DNA from: an uncultured Methanomassiliicoccales archaeon
GTDB lineage: Archaea; Thermoplasmatota; Thermoplasmata; Methanomassiliicoccales; UBA472
DNA length: 64,000 nt
Direction of reading: 5' to 3'
Assembly (NCBI GenBank): GCA_963695345.1
Contig: OY968769.1
Span: forward strand, 320,001-384,000
The number at the start of each line of letters is the position of its first letter. The first letter of the stretch is position 1. The position numbers were made by a program, and so were the translations under genes. This document shows, piece after piece, positions 30,994-42,533 of this stretch. Below the pieces are notes generated by a model, which was given only the letters and a program-made list of their open reading frames with translations, had not been told where the DNA came from and did no database searches.

Positions 30994-33900
30994 ATGTCAG
31001 AAGATATTCCTCGGATCATCGTCACTGACATCGGAGAGTACATCGATAAAGGCAGCTGCGCCCGCAACTTCAGGCTCAGGCTGGACAAAGGGCAGGAGGC
31101 CAGGAAATTCCCATTCTTCCCGGCGGTGCGCAAACCCCTGAACCCCATCCTGGCGATGAACGGCCAAAGATTGGAGGACCAATGGGCCGAGGACTTTTCC
31201 AGGACGATGACCTATCTCAATCCTCCCACATCCGACAATGACAAGGGGGAGATCACCTGGACCGATTTCCTGGAAAGGATCAGGGGGATCGAACCCGGAA
31301 AACCTGTTTTTGCCAGGGAGGTCGAGATATCCCGCCAGATCGGGTCGTTCCTGGTCTCGGGAAGGATGGACTTCCTCCTCCTGCGATGGGAGGGTCGAAC
31401 CCCGGTACTGAGGATAGTCGAATGCAAGGCCAGCCGCAGGGACAAGACCTATCACCGGATACAGCTGGCAGCCTACCGGCTGATGGTCGGGGAAGCGCTG
31501 GCCGAGGAACCAGGGGATATCGGCAACCCGATCAAGCATGCGGTGCTGGAATCGGTGGTGGCCCGGATCGATGAGGAATCGAACCAGAACCAGGATGCCC
31601 TGGCCCTGCCCTCACTGGACCTAAGGGAGGAAATGGATGACCTCAGGCAACTGCTATCTTCGAACGGCATATTCGAAAACATCTCCCGCACCCCCTTGGA
31701 GAAACTCGGCTACCGTTTGGAACCCAAGTGCGATTCCTGTCTCTATTGTCCGATCTGTTTGCCCGAGAGCGCCAGGCTGAGGCGGATCGAACTGATCGGC
31801 ATCGACCATTCGGCGGTCAGCATACTGCTCAAGAACGGGATCGATACCATCGATGCCCTGGCGGACCTGGACCCGTCATCGGGAGCGGCCCGTAACCTCC
31901 TGCGGAGCCCCGGTTTCAGCATAGACCTGGGCGACCTGATCATCAAGGCGAAAGCCCGCCGCTCCACCCTCAGGGATAAACGGGAAGGCGATTGGCCTGT
32001 CATCTCCCGGTCGAACCCGGGCAAGGGCCAGCTACCGGAATATCAGTGCGGGGACGAACCCCGCCTAATCCGTATCTACCTGGACGTCGAGTACGAATAT
32101 ATCGAGAACCGGTTGGCGGCGTTGTCCGCCCACATCACCGACAGCGTGTCGCCGCTGATCACCATCAGCGAGAAGGTCGGGGACAGGAACCGCCTCGAAC
32201 CGGTCCCCATGGAATTGGACATCGGATCCAGTCAACGCCGGCCATTGAACGGAGAGCACGTGGTCAGCTTCGTATCTGAGCCCTGGACCGGCGAGAAGAA
32301 GGCCGACGACGAAAGGGAAGGACGCATGGTCCAATCCTTCTTCGATCGGCTGGCGGACGCGATCGTCAATGTCGGAAAGGGTGACGACAAGAGACCGGTG
32401 CATTTCTACGTCTGGTCCAGGAACGACATGGCCCATCTCATCGATGCCTGCTCCCGCGCTGGCGGTTCCCTGCTCCACAGCCTCACCGAACTGCTAGGCT
32501 GCCGGGAACGCTGCCACGGGCCGATGGAGCAGCTGATCTTCACCCCACTGAGGGATGAGATCGACCAGAAGGTGGCACTAGGCTACACCGGGCACAGTCT
32601 GGCGATCGCCACCTCATTGAGCTGGTACGGTTTCCCCCGGTTCCACTGGACCAGGGACGTGGACGGCGTACCCACCGACCTATCCTATTCATTCCGCCGG
32701 GACATATTCGATTTCCGCACCTATCTTAACCTGAACAGCGCCGGCGAGTGGTGCGAGAGGCATGACCCGGACGGGCATCCGGAGTTCTTCGAGATCAGGA
32801 CCAAGTTCAGTTCGGACATCAACGCCCCCTATTGGTACGCGCTTTGGGGCAAACTGCCGGAGGCGAGCGGCGGAATGGACCGGGCGCTGCTGAACGACTA
32901 CCGCCGCGGCGGCAGATCCGGACAGATAGCCGCGTTCCTGCAGGCCAAGTGCCAGGCGCTGAGATGGCTCGAGGAGCGGCTCCTCAAGAACGAGGGCATA
33001 CAGAAACCGCTGATGCCGATAGGCGAGCTGAAACATGTGGACGAACGTTTCTCGGGCCGCTACGACCTGGTCAACGCCTGCCTCGACTTCATGCGCCTCG
33101 ACCACCACGTGAAGAAAGTGGATTGGGTTACCTCGTGCCTCCGTTCGCCTTCCGCCCGGGTCGCCGAGGGTTTCGCGCTGCCGCTGAAGAACCTCATGGA
33201 CGTACCCATGGAAGACGGCAGCCACAGCATCCGGGGTGTTCTCGACCTGGAGCGGTTCTCCGTCGATCCGGAGGTGTTCTTCTCCGTCTGCATGATCGGC
33301 GAGGATTCGTTCGTTCGGATCTCGCCGTACTCGGGAGGGCCCAACGAAGGACAGTCGATCCAGGAGGTCCTGGGCAAAGGCGTCACAGGAAAGGTGACGC
33401 ATCTTGACCGGTCGACCGGATTGTTCGCGGCCAAGGTGGTCACCACCAACTACAAGGACCCGATCGCCCGGGACTATGTGCTGCCGTCGCTGCCGAGCAA
33501 CATCACGATGCCGTTCGCGCTGGTGGAAGAGGGCATCTCGGCATTCGTCCAGAACCGGGTGGACGAATGGCTGAGGAACAACCGCGGCGCCCCGGCGGTC
33601 AAGTGGTTCAATCCAGAATCGCCCTCGATCCCGGAAAGGACGCAACTGGACCAGGAAACGGCCGAAGGGTACAGGAAACTGCTGCGTTCGATGAATGTGC
33701 TCGACCGCTCGCTGGACGAGGTCCAGGTCCAGGCCTGCATCGACGGTTTGGAGAGCACCGTCCAGCTGCTGCTCGGTCCGCCCGGGACCGGCAAGACGAA
33801 CACGACGGCGGCGGCGATACTCCTCCGGCTGGCATCGACCCCGGTGCGAAAGCTGTTCCTCCTCTCGGCGAACACCCACACCGCCGTGGACGAACTGACC

Positions 33901-35082
33901 GAACGGTTGAGGCTGACGCTGCCTTCGTTCAGGAAAGCCTCCTCGGAGAACGGGTTGAGGGACAATCCGGTCAGCATACTGCGCCTGAGGGAGGGATCCC
34001 CGTTGCCCGAGGATATTGCCGCCGAGAACACCACCCAGATAAGGGACCTCCTGCGCTTGAACGACGTGGTGGTCTGCGGCTCCGTCAACGAGGTCCTCAA
34101 GCTGGGAAAGAACATGGACCGGAACGGATGGCCGTTGGGCCCCTCGCGTGCCTCCGGCCTCATAGTCGACGAGGCCAGCATGATGCTGTTCCCGGACTTC
34201 CTGGCCTTGGCCACCATGGTGTCCCCGGGCGGAGAGATCATGCTGGCCGGGGATCATATGCAACTGTCGCCCATCACCTCCCACGACTGGGAGAACGAGG
34301 ACCGGGAGCAGGTCGCCAGGATGACGCCCCATGAGAGCGCCTATGTCACCGTCAAGAGGCTGTGCGGCAAATGCGATGGGCATGCGTTGAGGCAGTCGGA
34401 ACTGACGCTCACCTACCGGCTCACGGATGAGCTGATCCACCTCATCGCGGACGTCTACCGGAGGGAGGGGGTCATGCTCACCTCCAGAAAGAAGGCGGCG
34501 CCCAAGGATGGAAGGTTTTCCTCCCTCGCGGACCTGTGGAAACACGGTGGCATCTACCTCATCGTCCATGATGAGTCCGGCTCCAGGAAGCTGAACCAGT
34601 TCGAGGCCGGATTGATCCGTGACATCATCGCGTCCAGGCCAGGATCGAAGAGGGACATCGAACCGAGCTCGATATCGATCATCACCCCCCATCGGGCGCA
34701 AAAAGGGGCGTTGAAAGGCCTCCTGACCGAAAGGTACGGCGATCAGATCAAGATGATCGATACGGTAGAGCGGCTCCAGGGCGGAGAGTGCGAGACGATA
34801 ATCGTCTCCGGCACGCAGAGCGACACCAACGCCATCGGGGAGAGCGCCGAGTTCATACTGAACCTCAACCGGACCAACGTGATCTTCTCGCGGGCCAAGG
34901 AGCGTCTCATCGTCGTCTGCTCGAAGAACCTGCTCGACAGCGTCCCGGCGGACATCGAGGACTACAACTCGTCCTGGCTGTGGAAAAGGCTGAGGTCGAT
35001 CTGCGATACGGAGATGCTGAATCTGGAAGGATACGGGCATCGGGTATCGGTAAGGGTGCCGGGGCGTTTCTGGAAGGTGTGA
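30994..35082 (+). CDS. Large PD-(D/E)xK (Cas4/RecB-like, Fe-S) nuclease fused to an SF1 (Dna2/Upf1-like) helicase
   Basis: N-terminal Cys (GSCAR), GRMDFL...VECKAS...QLAAY, KCDSCLYCPIC; helicase motifs GPPGTGKT, VDEASM, GDHMQL, LTYRL, ITPHRAQ, DTVERLQGGE, NVIFSRAK. Confidence 0.9.
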   Translation: MSEDIPRIIVTDIGEYIDKGSCARNFRLRLDKGQEARKFPFFPAVRKPLNPILAMNGQRLEDQWAEDFSRTMTYLNPPTSDNDKGEITWTDFLERIRGIEPGKPVFAREVEISRQIGSFLVSGRMDFLLLRWEGRTPVLRIVECKASRRDKTYHRIQLAAYRLMVGEALAEEPGDIGNPIKHAVLESVVARIDEESNQNQDALALPSLDLREEMDDLRQLLSSNGIFENISRTPLEKLGYRLEPKCDSCLYCPICLPESARLRRIELIGIDHSAVSILLKNGIDTIDALADLDPSSGAARNLLRSPGFSIDLGDLIIKAKARRSTLRDKREGDWPVISRSNPGKGQLPEYQCGDEPRLIRIYLDVEYEYIENRLAALSAHITDSVSPLITISEKVGDRNRLEPVPMELDIGSSQRRPLNGEHVVSFVSEPWTGEKKADDEREGRMVQSFFDRLADAIVNVGKGDDKRPVHFYVWSRNDMAHLIDACSRAGGSLLHSLTELLGCRERCHGPMEQLIFTPLRDEIDQKVALGYTGHSLAIATSLSWYGFPRFHWTRDVDGVPTDLSYSFRRDIFDFRTYLNLNSAGEWCERHDPDGHPEFFEIRTKFSSDINAPYWYALWGKLPEASGGMDRALLNDYRRGGRSGQIAAFLQAKCQALRWLEERLLKNEGIQKPLMPIGELKHVDERFSGRYDLVNACLDFMRLDHHVKKVDWVTSCLRSPSARVAEGFALPLKNLMDVPMEDGSHSIRGVLDLERFSVDPEVFFSVCMIGEDSFVRISPYSGGPNEGQSIQEVLGKGVTGKVTHLDRSTGLFAAKVVTTNYKDPIARDYVLPSLPSNITMPFALVEEGISAFVQNRVDEWLRNNRGAPAVKWFNPESPSIPERTQLDQETAEGYRKLLRSMNVLDRSLDEVQVQACIDGLESTVQLLLGPPGTGKTNTTAAAILLRLASTPVRKLFLLSANTHTAVDELTERLRLTLPSFRKASSENGLRDNPVSILRLREGSPLPEDIAAENTTQIRDLLRLNDVVVCGSVNEVLKLGKNMDRNGWPLGPSRASGLIVDEASMMLFPDFLALATMVSPGGEIMLAGDHMQLSPITSHDWENEDREQVARMTPHESAYVTVKRLCGKCDGHALRQSELTLTYRLTDELIHLIADVYRREGVMLTSRKKAAPKDGRFSSLADLWKHGGIYLIVHDESGSRKLNQFEAGLIRDIIASRPGSKRDIEPSSISIITPHRAQKGALKGLLTERYGDQIKMIDTVERLQGGECETIIVSGTQSDTNAIGESAEFILNLNRTNVIFSRAKERLIVVCSKNLLDSVPADIEDYNSSWLWKRLRSICDTEMLNLEGYGHRVSVRVPGRFWKV

Positions 35083-35313
35083 CAGTTCGGGACGAATGGA
35101 CCGATCGATGGTCCCAGAGTGATATTGGTAATCGTTGACAGAAATGGGTGAAGAGGCCTGGGATAAGGGGAATTCAAGACTCCTGTCCGATGATCATTGG
35201 CCCTGAAGGTGATGAGTTCGTCCATTAGTATTTTTGAAAATGACTATTAATATCACGATATTTCATCCAATTCCGAATATTTTGATGGGTCCGGTGGGAA
35301 TGTGGGTCATATC

Positions 35314-38300
35314 GTGAGAAGAGCGTCACCATTGCTTGTGTTCATTCTGCTGATCGTGTCGACCATCGCCGTCACCCAGGCGTTATCGACCGCTGATGCG
35401 GTACCCAGAGGCCTGGCCCTCAACCCGCACTCGCTGATCCACGTGTATGACGATGCCGAGCTGGGGTCGCTGATAGCCTCCAACCATTGGAACGGCACCG
35501 GCTCCGCGGACGATCCGTACATCATCGAGAATCTGGATATCAATGCCAGCGGTTCGAACTATGGGATGTACATCTCTGGCACAGATGCCTACCTGGTCAT
35601 CAGGAACTGTTCCCTGCACAATGCCGATATCGGCATATCCTCGTCGGGGCTCTTTCTGTCCCATTCAGATAATGTCACGGTGTTCAACAACACCTTCACC
35701 AACAACGGCGTCGGCATCCATCAGGGAGTGACGAGCGGGAGTGTGACCATAGAGAACAACACCTTCAGCGGCAATTACTACGGCATAGAGATCATCAACG
35801 CGAACGGCGCGGCCCTGGTGAGCAACAACTTCAGCGGCAACAACAACGATATCTATGTCCAGAGCGCGAGCGGCAACCTCATCGCTTTCAATCTCTGCAA
35901 CAACATGGTCCTGTACACCGCAGACAATAACTGGATAGCGAACAACACGTGCATCAACGACAGCGATCACGGCATCCGCATCGTTTCCTCCAGCGGAAAC
36001 GTCGTCGTGAACAACACCTGCGCCTGCAAAACCCCGACGGCCGACGGCAAGGGGATCTGGCTGGAATCGTCGAATGACAACATCATCGAGAACAACGATT
36101 GCTACGACTGCACTTATGGGATCAGGCTGGACAATTCGAACCGAAATACTCTTGACGGCAACCCCTGCGGGGGCAACGAGAACGGGATATGGCTGACCGG
36201 TTCTGACGAAAACATCATCACCAACAACACCTGCGCCGGCAACACCGTCGGGGTGTGCCTGACCTCATCCAGCGGATACAACAGGATATCTGGCAATGAT
36301 ATCCGGTCCAACGATCACGGCATCGAACTGGAGTCCTCGGACCATGATGTCGTCTCGGAGAACACTTTGATCGGCAATGTCTACGAAGGGGTCGTCATAT
36401 CCGGTTCGAACCACACCGCGATCATGAACAATTCCTGCAGGTCCAGCGTGAGCGCGTTCCTGGTGACGGACAACTCCCGGAACAACACTTTGGAGAACAA
36501 CTCCTGTCACGAGAACGGGAACGGCATCAGGCTGCACCTGTCCGGCCATAACGTGCTCAGGAACAACGACCTCACCGGCAACACCATCGGCATCAATCTG
36601 GAATCCTCCCACGTCAACGAAATCATCGGCAACAACTGCAGCGGGAATGTGGCCGACGGCATTTTCCTGACCGACTCGAGCGAGAACAACACCCTATCCA
36701 AGAACACCTGCAGCGGCGCCACCAACGGGATCGCGATCAGCGGATCAGGAAACAACACCGTTTCGAACAACAACTGCAGCGACAACACGATCGGCATGAG
36801 CATATCGTCATCGGGACAGAACAACACGATCGACAACAACACCGTCGCCAACAATGACTACGGGATCTACTTCTCTTCCTCAGGCAACAACACCGTCTCG
36901 AACAACACCATCAGCGGCAACAGCCTCTATGGCATCTATCTGTTCCATAACAGCGATCGCAACCTCCTGTTCGGGAACCTGCTCATCATGAACCATGGAT
37001 CCTCCACGACCTACAGCGGAACGAATGTCCAGGCATACGATGACGGTCCGAACAACCATTGGGACCTGACCGGGTCCGGTAACTTCTGGTGCGACTGGTC
37101 CTCGCCGGACGATGACCATGACGGCATTGTGGACGTTCCGTACGATATCACCGGACCGGTCAAGGACTGGTTCCCCCTGGCTCTTGAAAGAGTGGCCGAC
37201 ATCTCGGTCACGATCATCAGCCCTGTGAACGGTAGTATCACAAATGTGACGAACATGTTCGTCTCTTGGAATGTCAGCGATTCGTTCCACATCGTCCACC
37301 GCAACGTCAGCGTCGATGGCATATGGATGACCGTCCAGGGGACCAGCCTCTCCCTGCTTCTTGACGAAGGCCATCACACCGTGGCCGTGAACATCACCGA
37401 TATCCTCGGGGCCGAGGGCAGGGCGATGACGAACTTCACCGTGGACATCACCCCGCCTTCCCTGGTCATCACCGCTCCGTCGAACGGATCCCTCATCGCC
37501 TCGCACGATGTCAGGGTTAACTGGACGGCGATCGACATCGCATCGGGGATCGCGAACTGCGAGGTCCAGTGCGGCGAGGTCCGGGAATTCGTCCAGGGAC
37601 AGCACCTACCTGCTGGGCGGCCTGTCGGAAGGACAGCATACCGTCAACATCACCGCGTATGACAATGCCGGCCACCACAACCGGACCTCGGCGACCTTCA
37701 TCGTGGACACGATCGCCCCTTCGCTCGATATCATCACGCCAGCAAACGGTTCGTACAACAACACCGGTTCCGTGACGATCAGATGGACCGGGGATGAGCC
37801 GGCCGATTTCGACCATTACGAGATCGGATTGAACGGCGGCGCATGGACCTCGGTCAGCGGCAGGAACGTCAGCCTCAGCGGCCTTTCCGACGCCGCATAC
37901 ACCGTACTGGTCAGGGCCTACGACCGAGCCGGAAATTTCAACCAGGACTCGGTGACGTTCATCGTGGACAGGATCGCTCCATCCGTCCAGATCTTTTCTC
38001 CGAACAACAGCTCGTACAACAACACCGGTTCCGTGACGATCAGATGGACCGGGGATGAGCCGACCGATTTCGACCATTACGAGATCAGGATCAAGGACGG
38101 CGCCTGGACGACGGTCGGCGGCAAGGTCAAGACGTATAATGGACTGAATGACGGCACCTATGACGTCGGCGTAAGGGCGTATGATCGTGCGGGAAATCTC
38201 AACCAGGACTCGGTGACATTCATCGTGGACAGGATCGCCCCGGCGCTTTCCATAACCGCACCGGCCAATGGAACATACACCAATTCCACATCCATCACGG

Positions 38301-39127
38301 TCACCTGGAGCATGAACAATGTCACCGGCATCGCCCAGATACAGGTCCGTACCGACGGCGGCGCATGGTCGAACGTCCCCGTCTCCAATCACTCGACGGT
38401 GCTGCGCGGCCTGGGCAACCGTGAGCATGTCGTGGACGTGAAAGCAACCGACCTGGCGGGAAATACCGCCTCCAGGAGCGTCCGGTTCACGGTCGATTCC
38501 GTATCTCCGACGATACTCTCCAGATCGCCGACGGGCGAGAACGTTCTCCTGAACTCGTCGATATCCATCACCTTTTCCAAACCGATGAACATGACCTCCG
38601 CGGTCGTCAAGGTGAACGGGGAGAAGAGGACGATCGCTTGGAACGGCAACAAAGCTTCGATCGCCATGACCCTGAGCTATGGGGGCGTCTACAACGTGAC
38701 CGTCACCGCCTGGGACCTGGTGGGGAATGATGTCTTCGCCCGTTGGACGTTCGCGACCCTGAAGGACCAGGGTGGGCTATCCGGGACCGTTTTGGGAGAT
38801 GGCAGACCCATTTCGAACGCGACCGTCATGCTTGGCAACGGTACCTGGACGGTGACCGATTCTGAAGGTCGTTTCAACCTGAGCAATGTGACCTCGGGCT
38901 GGTACACCCTGACCGTGCATAAGGAGGGCTATGAGGACCTGACCTTCGAGGCAACCGTTGAGCCGGGCGTCATTAGCGAACTTGGCAGCCAGGTATTGAC
39001 CGCGTCGCCCCACGAAGGGGGCATATCTGGCTCCGACATAGAATGGATCTTCCTCGCCTCGATGGCATTGGCGGCCGCCATTGGCGTGGCCCATGTTTGG
39101 AGGAAACCAAAGACGCCCTCACCGTGA
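35314..39127 (+). CDS. Surface adhesin: right-handed parallel beta-helix (NosD-like), several Ig-like domains, carboxypeptidase-regulatory-like domain, TM anchor (frameshift near 37570-37600)
   Basis: NGTGSADDPYIIENLDI cap; GI.L..S..N.I.NN.C repeats; GNFWCDW...DGIVD.PY end motif; VD..AP...I..P.N Ig repeats in ORF 37508-39127; C-terminal TM. Confidence 0.88.
37740..38240 (+). repeat. Recent internal duplication of an Ig-like domain (261-bp period)
   Basis: TCGTACAACAACACCGGTTCCGTGACGATCAGATGGACCGGGGATGAGCCG is identical at 37751 and 38012; AACCAGGACTCGGTGAC is also duplicated. Confidence 0.85.
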
Positions 39128-39318
39128 TGGACTGGCAAATGATGTCTTAGGATGAGCATCTGGAATCACGGAAGGAGGCCATCGGCCAATGAGCGAATGT
39201 TGAGATCATGTTCTTAGCTGAACATCGCATACTGTTTCGGAGGACTATCCTAAGACGTAGAATCCCCTCGAACCGTCCGACCACCGAGATCAGAATATCG
39301 GAAAGTGGAGAGGTCATT

Positions 39319-39630
39319 ATGATTTCATGTTCGCGATGCGGAATTGGGCTTGACCCGCAGGCCGCTGACCAGCCCAGGGCATCCATCTCAGGCAGCATCA
39401 TGGGCGATGAATACATCGAATCGCTGTACTTCTGTGGCCGGTGCCAGGTCTATACCGTGGAGATCTTTCATGATAGGTTCTTGGGCGACGGCGAGGTCCT
39501 CATCAAAGGTCCGGTCTCGAAGCGTGAAGGAGATATGATGGTGGAACTGATTGGGCGCTGTTCCGAGCCCTGGGACAAGAAATGCCGCTGCGACGCACAT
39601 CGATCCTATTTCCACGGGGAACTCGACTGA
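39319..39630 (+). CDS. Small Cys/His-rich putative metal-binding protein
   Basis: CSRC...CGRC...C....KKCRCDAH; GGAGAGG SD-like sequence before the ATG at 39319. Confidence 0.65.
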   Translation: MISCSRCGIGLDPQAADQPRASISGSIMGDEYIESLYFCGRCQVYTVEIFHDRFLGDGEVLIKGPVSKREGDMMVELIGRCSEPWDKKCRCDAHRSYFHGELD

Positions 39631-39706
39631 TGCGGGAACCGACCTTAAATGCTCATTGAACCGAGAACAACAGGTACAATGACAATCAGTGCCCAGAAAG
39701 TGAAGA

Positions 39707-40267
39707 TCATTCCTCACTTTTCTCCGGCATCTTCGGCAATGAGTTCATCCAGTCAAGCAATCCGGTGAACATCTCCATGAATCTCGGGTCCTCTTTGGCG
39801 ATCAACAGCGAATATTGGGCGATCGTATCATCGTTGAGCTCCTCGGTCAACCTAGGAAGTCCGAAATCATATTTCTCTATGATCTCCGGCCCCCGGTCAT
39901 AAACCACATCGGAAAAGTATGGTTCGATCTCGTTTCTGTTCTGACCGATCTGGGCATAGATATCGTTGCGCATTTCGGAGATCGTCGCCTTCATCTTCTC
40001 GTCGACCTCGGGCAACTTCTGTTGCATCTCCTGTTCGACCCTCTGACCCTCCTCCTCCCCGGCGAACGCCGTGGTCATTTCCGTTGCCACCGCTCCGATC
40101 GTCCCTACGAGAACCTGCGAGAAGATGCCCATCATCTGGCTCATCAACAGTATGGTCGTGTTCATCAACGAGTTTAATATTCTCTGCGCCCGATCCGTTT
40201 TGATATCGGCAGGACCGATAACGATGGACTCCTGCCCGCTGATGTCAGAACCGTCCTTTTCCGCCAT
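39707..40267 (-). CDS. Hypothetical alpha-helical protein
   Basis: ORF from MAEKDGSD with one hydrophobic/amphipathic segment; no recognised domain. Confidence 0.55.
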   Translation of the reverse strand: MAEKDGSDISGQESIVIGPADIKTDRAQRILNSLMNTTILLMSQMMGIFSQVLVGTIGAVATEMTTAFAGEEEGQRVEQEMQQKLPEVDEKMKATISEMRNDIYAQIGQNRNEIEPYFSDVVYDRGPEIIEKYDFGLPRLTEELNDDTIAQYSLLIAKEDPRFMEMFTGLLDWMNSLPKMPEKSEE

Positions 40268-40390
40268 GAAACCCCTCGAAGTGCCATGGCATTTATCTTG
40301 TCGATAGATAACATTTGCCATAACATACAATTTATAAATGATGATTCTATTATATCACATATATAATTAATATGGAAAGGAGCCGAGGGC

Positions 40391-40876
40391 ATGCCTGGAG
40401 TGAGTAGTGAAAAGAACCTTGATGAGGTCGTTCAATGGGCTGTCCGGTCAGGTTTCGAGGTCATCTCGGTCCTGGACTCGCATCATGATTTTGTCGTGGA
40501 AGTGGCTGAGAAAGAGACGATGCTGCATCTGCAAATAGTCCATGAGAATCATGATTCACCATTCGTTATGATGGTGGGGCTGGTAAAGATCCCGGAAACG
40601 GACCGGGAGAGGCTGAAAGAGCTCGGACCGGGAAGGTTCGCTGATCTCATATGGGACATTAAGCTGAACCTAGTCCGCATGGGTGTCGATTTCACCGTTC
40701 TGGGGGCGGAGGGGGACCCCGACGCATGGGAGACACAGAAAAAACTGTTCCTGGGCGGGACTGACATTAACCAGTTCTATGACGCCTACTCCAAGGTCAA
40801 GAACTCGATAATCGGCATAATATGGGCTTATAAACGGGAATTGGATTCGATGGGATGGTCCATTGGAATGACGTGA
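40391..40876 (+). CDS. Hypothetical protein, DUF2299-like
   Basis: Size and pattern (W....GF...D.HHDF...LIWDIKLNL..MGVDF...VKNS) resemble the archaeal DUF2299 family from memory; not verified. Confidence 0.5.
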   Translation: MPGVSSEKNLDEVVQWAVRSGFEVISVLDSHHDFVVEVAEKETMLHLQIVHENHDSPFVMMVGLVKIPETDRERLKELGPGRFADLIWDIKLNLVRMGVDFTVLGAEGDPDAWETQKKLFLGGTDINQFYDAYSKVKNSIIGIIWAYKRELDSMGWSIGMT

Positions 40877-40984
40877 TCATTATGTCCTGATCGGTAGGGG
40901 CCAGCTCGGTTAGAACCATGCCGGAGATAACGGGACCGCTCTTCGCTAGCTGTTCTCAGTTTGAATGGCCCGCAGGTGCGTCCA

Positions 40985-42520
40985 TCACTTATCCTCGGGG
41001 TAGCACTTCCGGTTGGTGGTGAACACGCACCGGCAGTCATCCCTCAGCTCGACCGATCCGGTCTTGTCGACATAGATGATACCGAGAGGCGCATAGCCGT
41101 GAGTGATACCATGCGGGGGAAGGGTCACATATTCTTCTCCGGAAACCGGCCAGTCGATGGCGCCGGTGACCACCCGGGCGGGAAGCAGCCAGTAGTCCCC
41201 AGGCAGATAGATGGATTTTTTCTTGGACATCGGTGAGGAGAATTGTATCCTGATCCCGTCCTCGAGGTCGAAGTACCTATCGGCGGATTCGTCGATGGAG
41301 ATGCAGTTGTCCTTGGCATCGGGCTCGGCATGGTCCCAACGGCGCAATAGCGGATGGTTCTCGCTGTCACTGTCATATGATAACCCGGGTTTCTCCTTCA
41401 GGGTCACTGTCAGGTGGGCCCGGTCCGCTTCCGCGACCTCATACAGCTTGCGCCGATCGATCCTGTGGTCAGAGTCCTTGAGCGTCCTCACCACATCCTC
41501 GAAGTCATAGACCTGCTTCACCGAATCGTCATCGATGATCTCGACGTAGTCACCGGTCCTCAGGCTCAGTGACTCGTCCCTTCCAAGATGCGCCAGCGTA
41601 ATTCTCTTGTCCTCCAGCGCCAGGATCGGGAACTGGACGCTCCCGTTTTCCCTGGACCACTTGAAGGTGGCGTTGGCTGCTGTGCCGCCGGTGTGGACCT
41701 CCACCCGGTATAGGTGGTTCTCCAGGCCGCGGTACCTCGTATCCGGGTCTATGATGCAGATGTCATTGGACCGGTCATCGGAGCTCATGTCCGGCCTCAT
41801 CCGGCCCAGTCGCGAAAGCATCATTGACATTTCCTTGAGCAGTTCACGGAAGTTCGCGCAATTCAGGTCCCCGAAGTAATCGCTGGTGCGCACCATCCAT
41901 TCGGTCTTTGCCCGGGCGGCCGTATCCGGACCGTTGAGTGCGACCTCTCGGATCCCGGCATCCTCGATGTAGGAGAGCGCCCGCTCCCAGGCATCGATGT
42001 AGACGACGCAGACCCGGCCCTTGGTCAGCGGTCGCATCGTGCTTGCCGGGGAAAGCTGGCCGAGGTAGTTCGTTTCCTCTTCGTTCTCGCACAGGACCCC
42101 GTTCACGTAATAGCGCCCCTTCCCGATCAGGAAATCATTCGCCTGACCTTCCTTTGGCGCGATCTTGAACCCGCAGTCGCCCTCCGGACCTCCGAACGGA
42201 CCGATGAGGTCGGCCGCCAGGGTCTGCAGGAAATGCAACAGGATGGAGGACTGTTCGTTCCAGTCGGCGTCGAGCTGCACCCTGCCCTGCTGCATCAGGA
42301 CGCGGGTGAAGTGTTTCAATGGATCGAACGTGTCCCGGGTGAAGTCCCCCCGGAACTCCCCGTCGATGGTCCCAGAACGGGTGCCTTTGACAACCTTCGA
42401 TCCTCCCACCACCACAACCTCAGTTTCGGTCTTTCCGATGATGTTCGCCGTGTCCTTTTTCAAGCTTGTCAGTTCCTTTGATGTTGCCGTACCCGTCTTC
42501 ACTGGTTTTTTTCCTGCCAA
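40985..42520 (-). CDS. DUF6519-type eCIS protein (putative baseplate/fibre-associated)
   Basis: GDFTRDTFDPLKHFTRVLMQQGRVQLDADWNEQ, GRYYVNGVLCE, YRGLENHLYRVEVH, FKWSRENGS, GDYWLLPAR, HGYAPLG, DCRCVF. Confidence 0.82.
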   Translation of the reverse strand: MAGKKPVKTGTATSKELTSLKKDTANIIGKTETEVVVVGGSKVVKGTRSGTIDGEFRGDFTRDTFDPLKHFTRVLMQQGRVQLDADWNEQSSILLHFLQTLAADLIGPFGGPEGDCGFKIAPKEGQANDFLIGKGRYYVNGVLCENEEETNYLGQLSPASTMRPLTKGRVCVVYIDAWERALSYIEDAGIREVALNGPDTAARAKTEWMVRTSDYFGDLNCANFRELLKEMSMMLSRLGRMRPDMSSDDRSNDICIIDPDTRYRGLENHLYRVEVHTGGTAANATFKWSRENGSVQFPILALEDKRITLAHLGRDESLSLRTGDYVEIIDDDSVKQVYDFEDVVRTLKDSDHRIDRRKLYEVAEADRAHLTVTLKEKPGLSYDSDSENHPLLRRWDHAEPDAKDNCISIDESADRYFDLEDGIRIQFSSPMSKKKSIYLPGDYWLLPARVVTGAIDWPVSGEEYVTLPPHGITHGYAPLGIIYVDKTGSVELRDDCRCVFTTNRKCYPEDK

Positions 42521-42533
42521 GGTAACCCTCCTC

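Noticed and set aside
30994-31800. Cas4-like domain as evidence of a CRISPR-Cas locus
   Set aside because: It is fused to an SF1 helicase, with no cas1/cas2 or array in the window.
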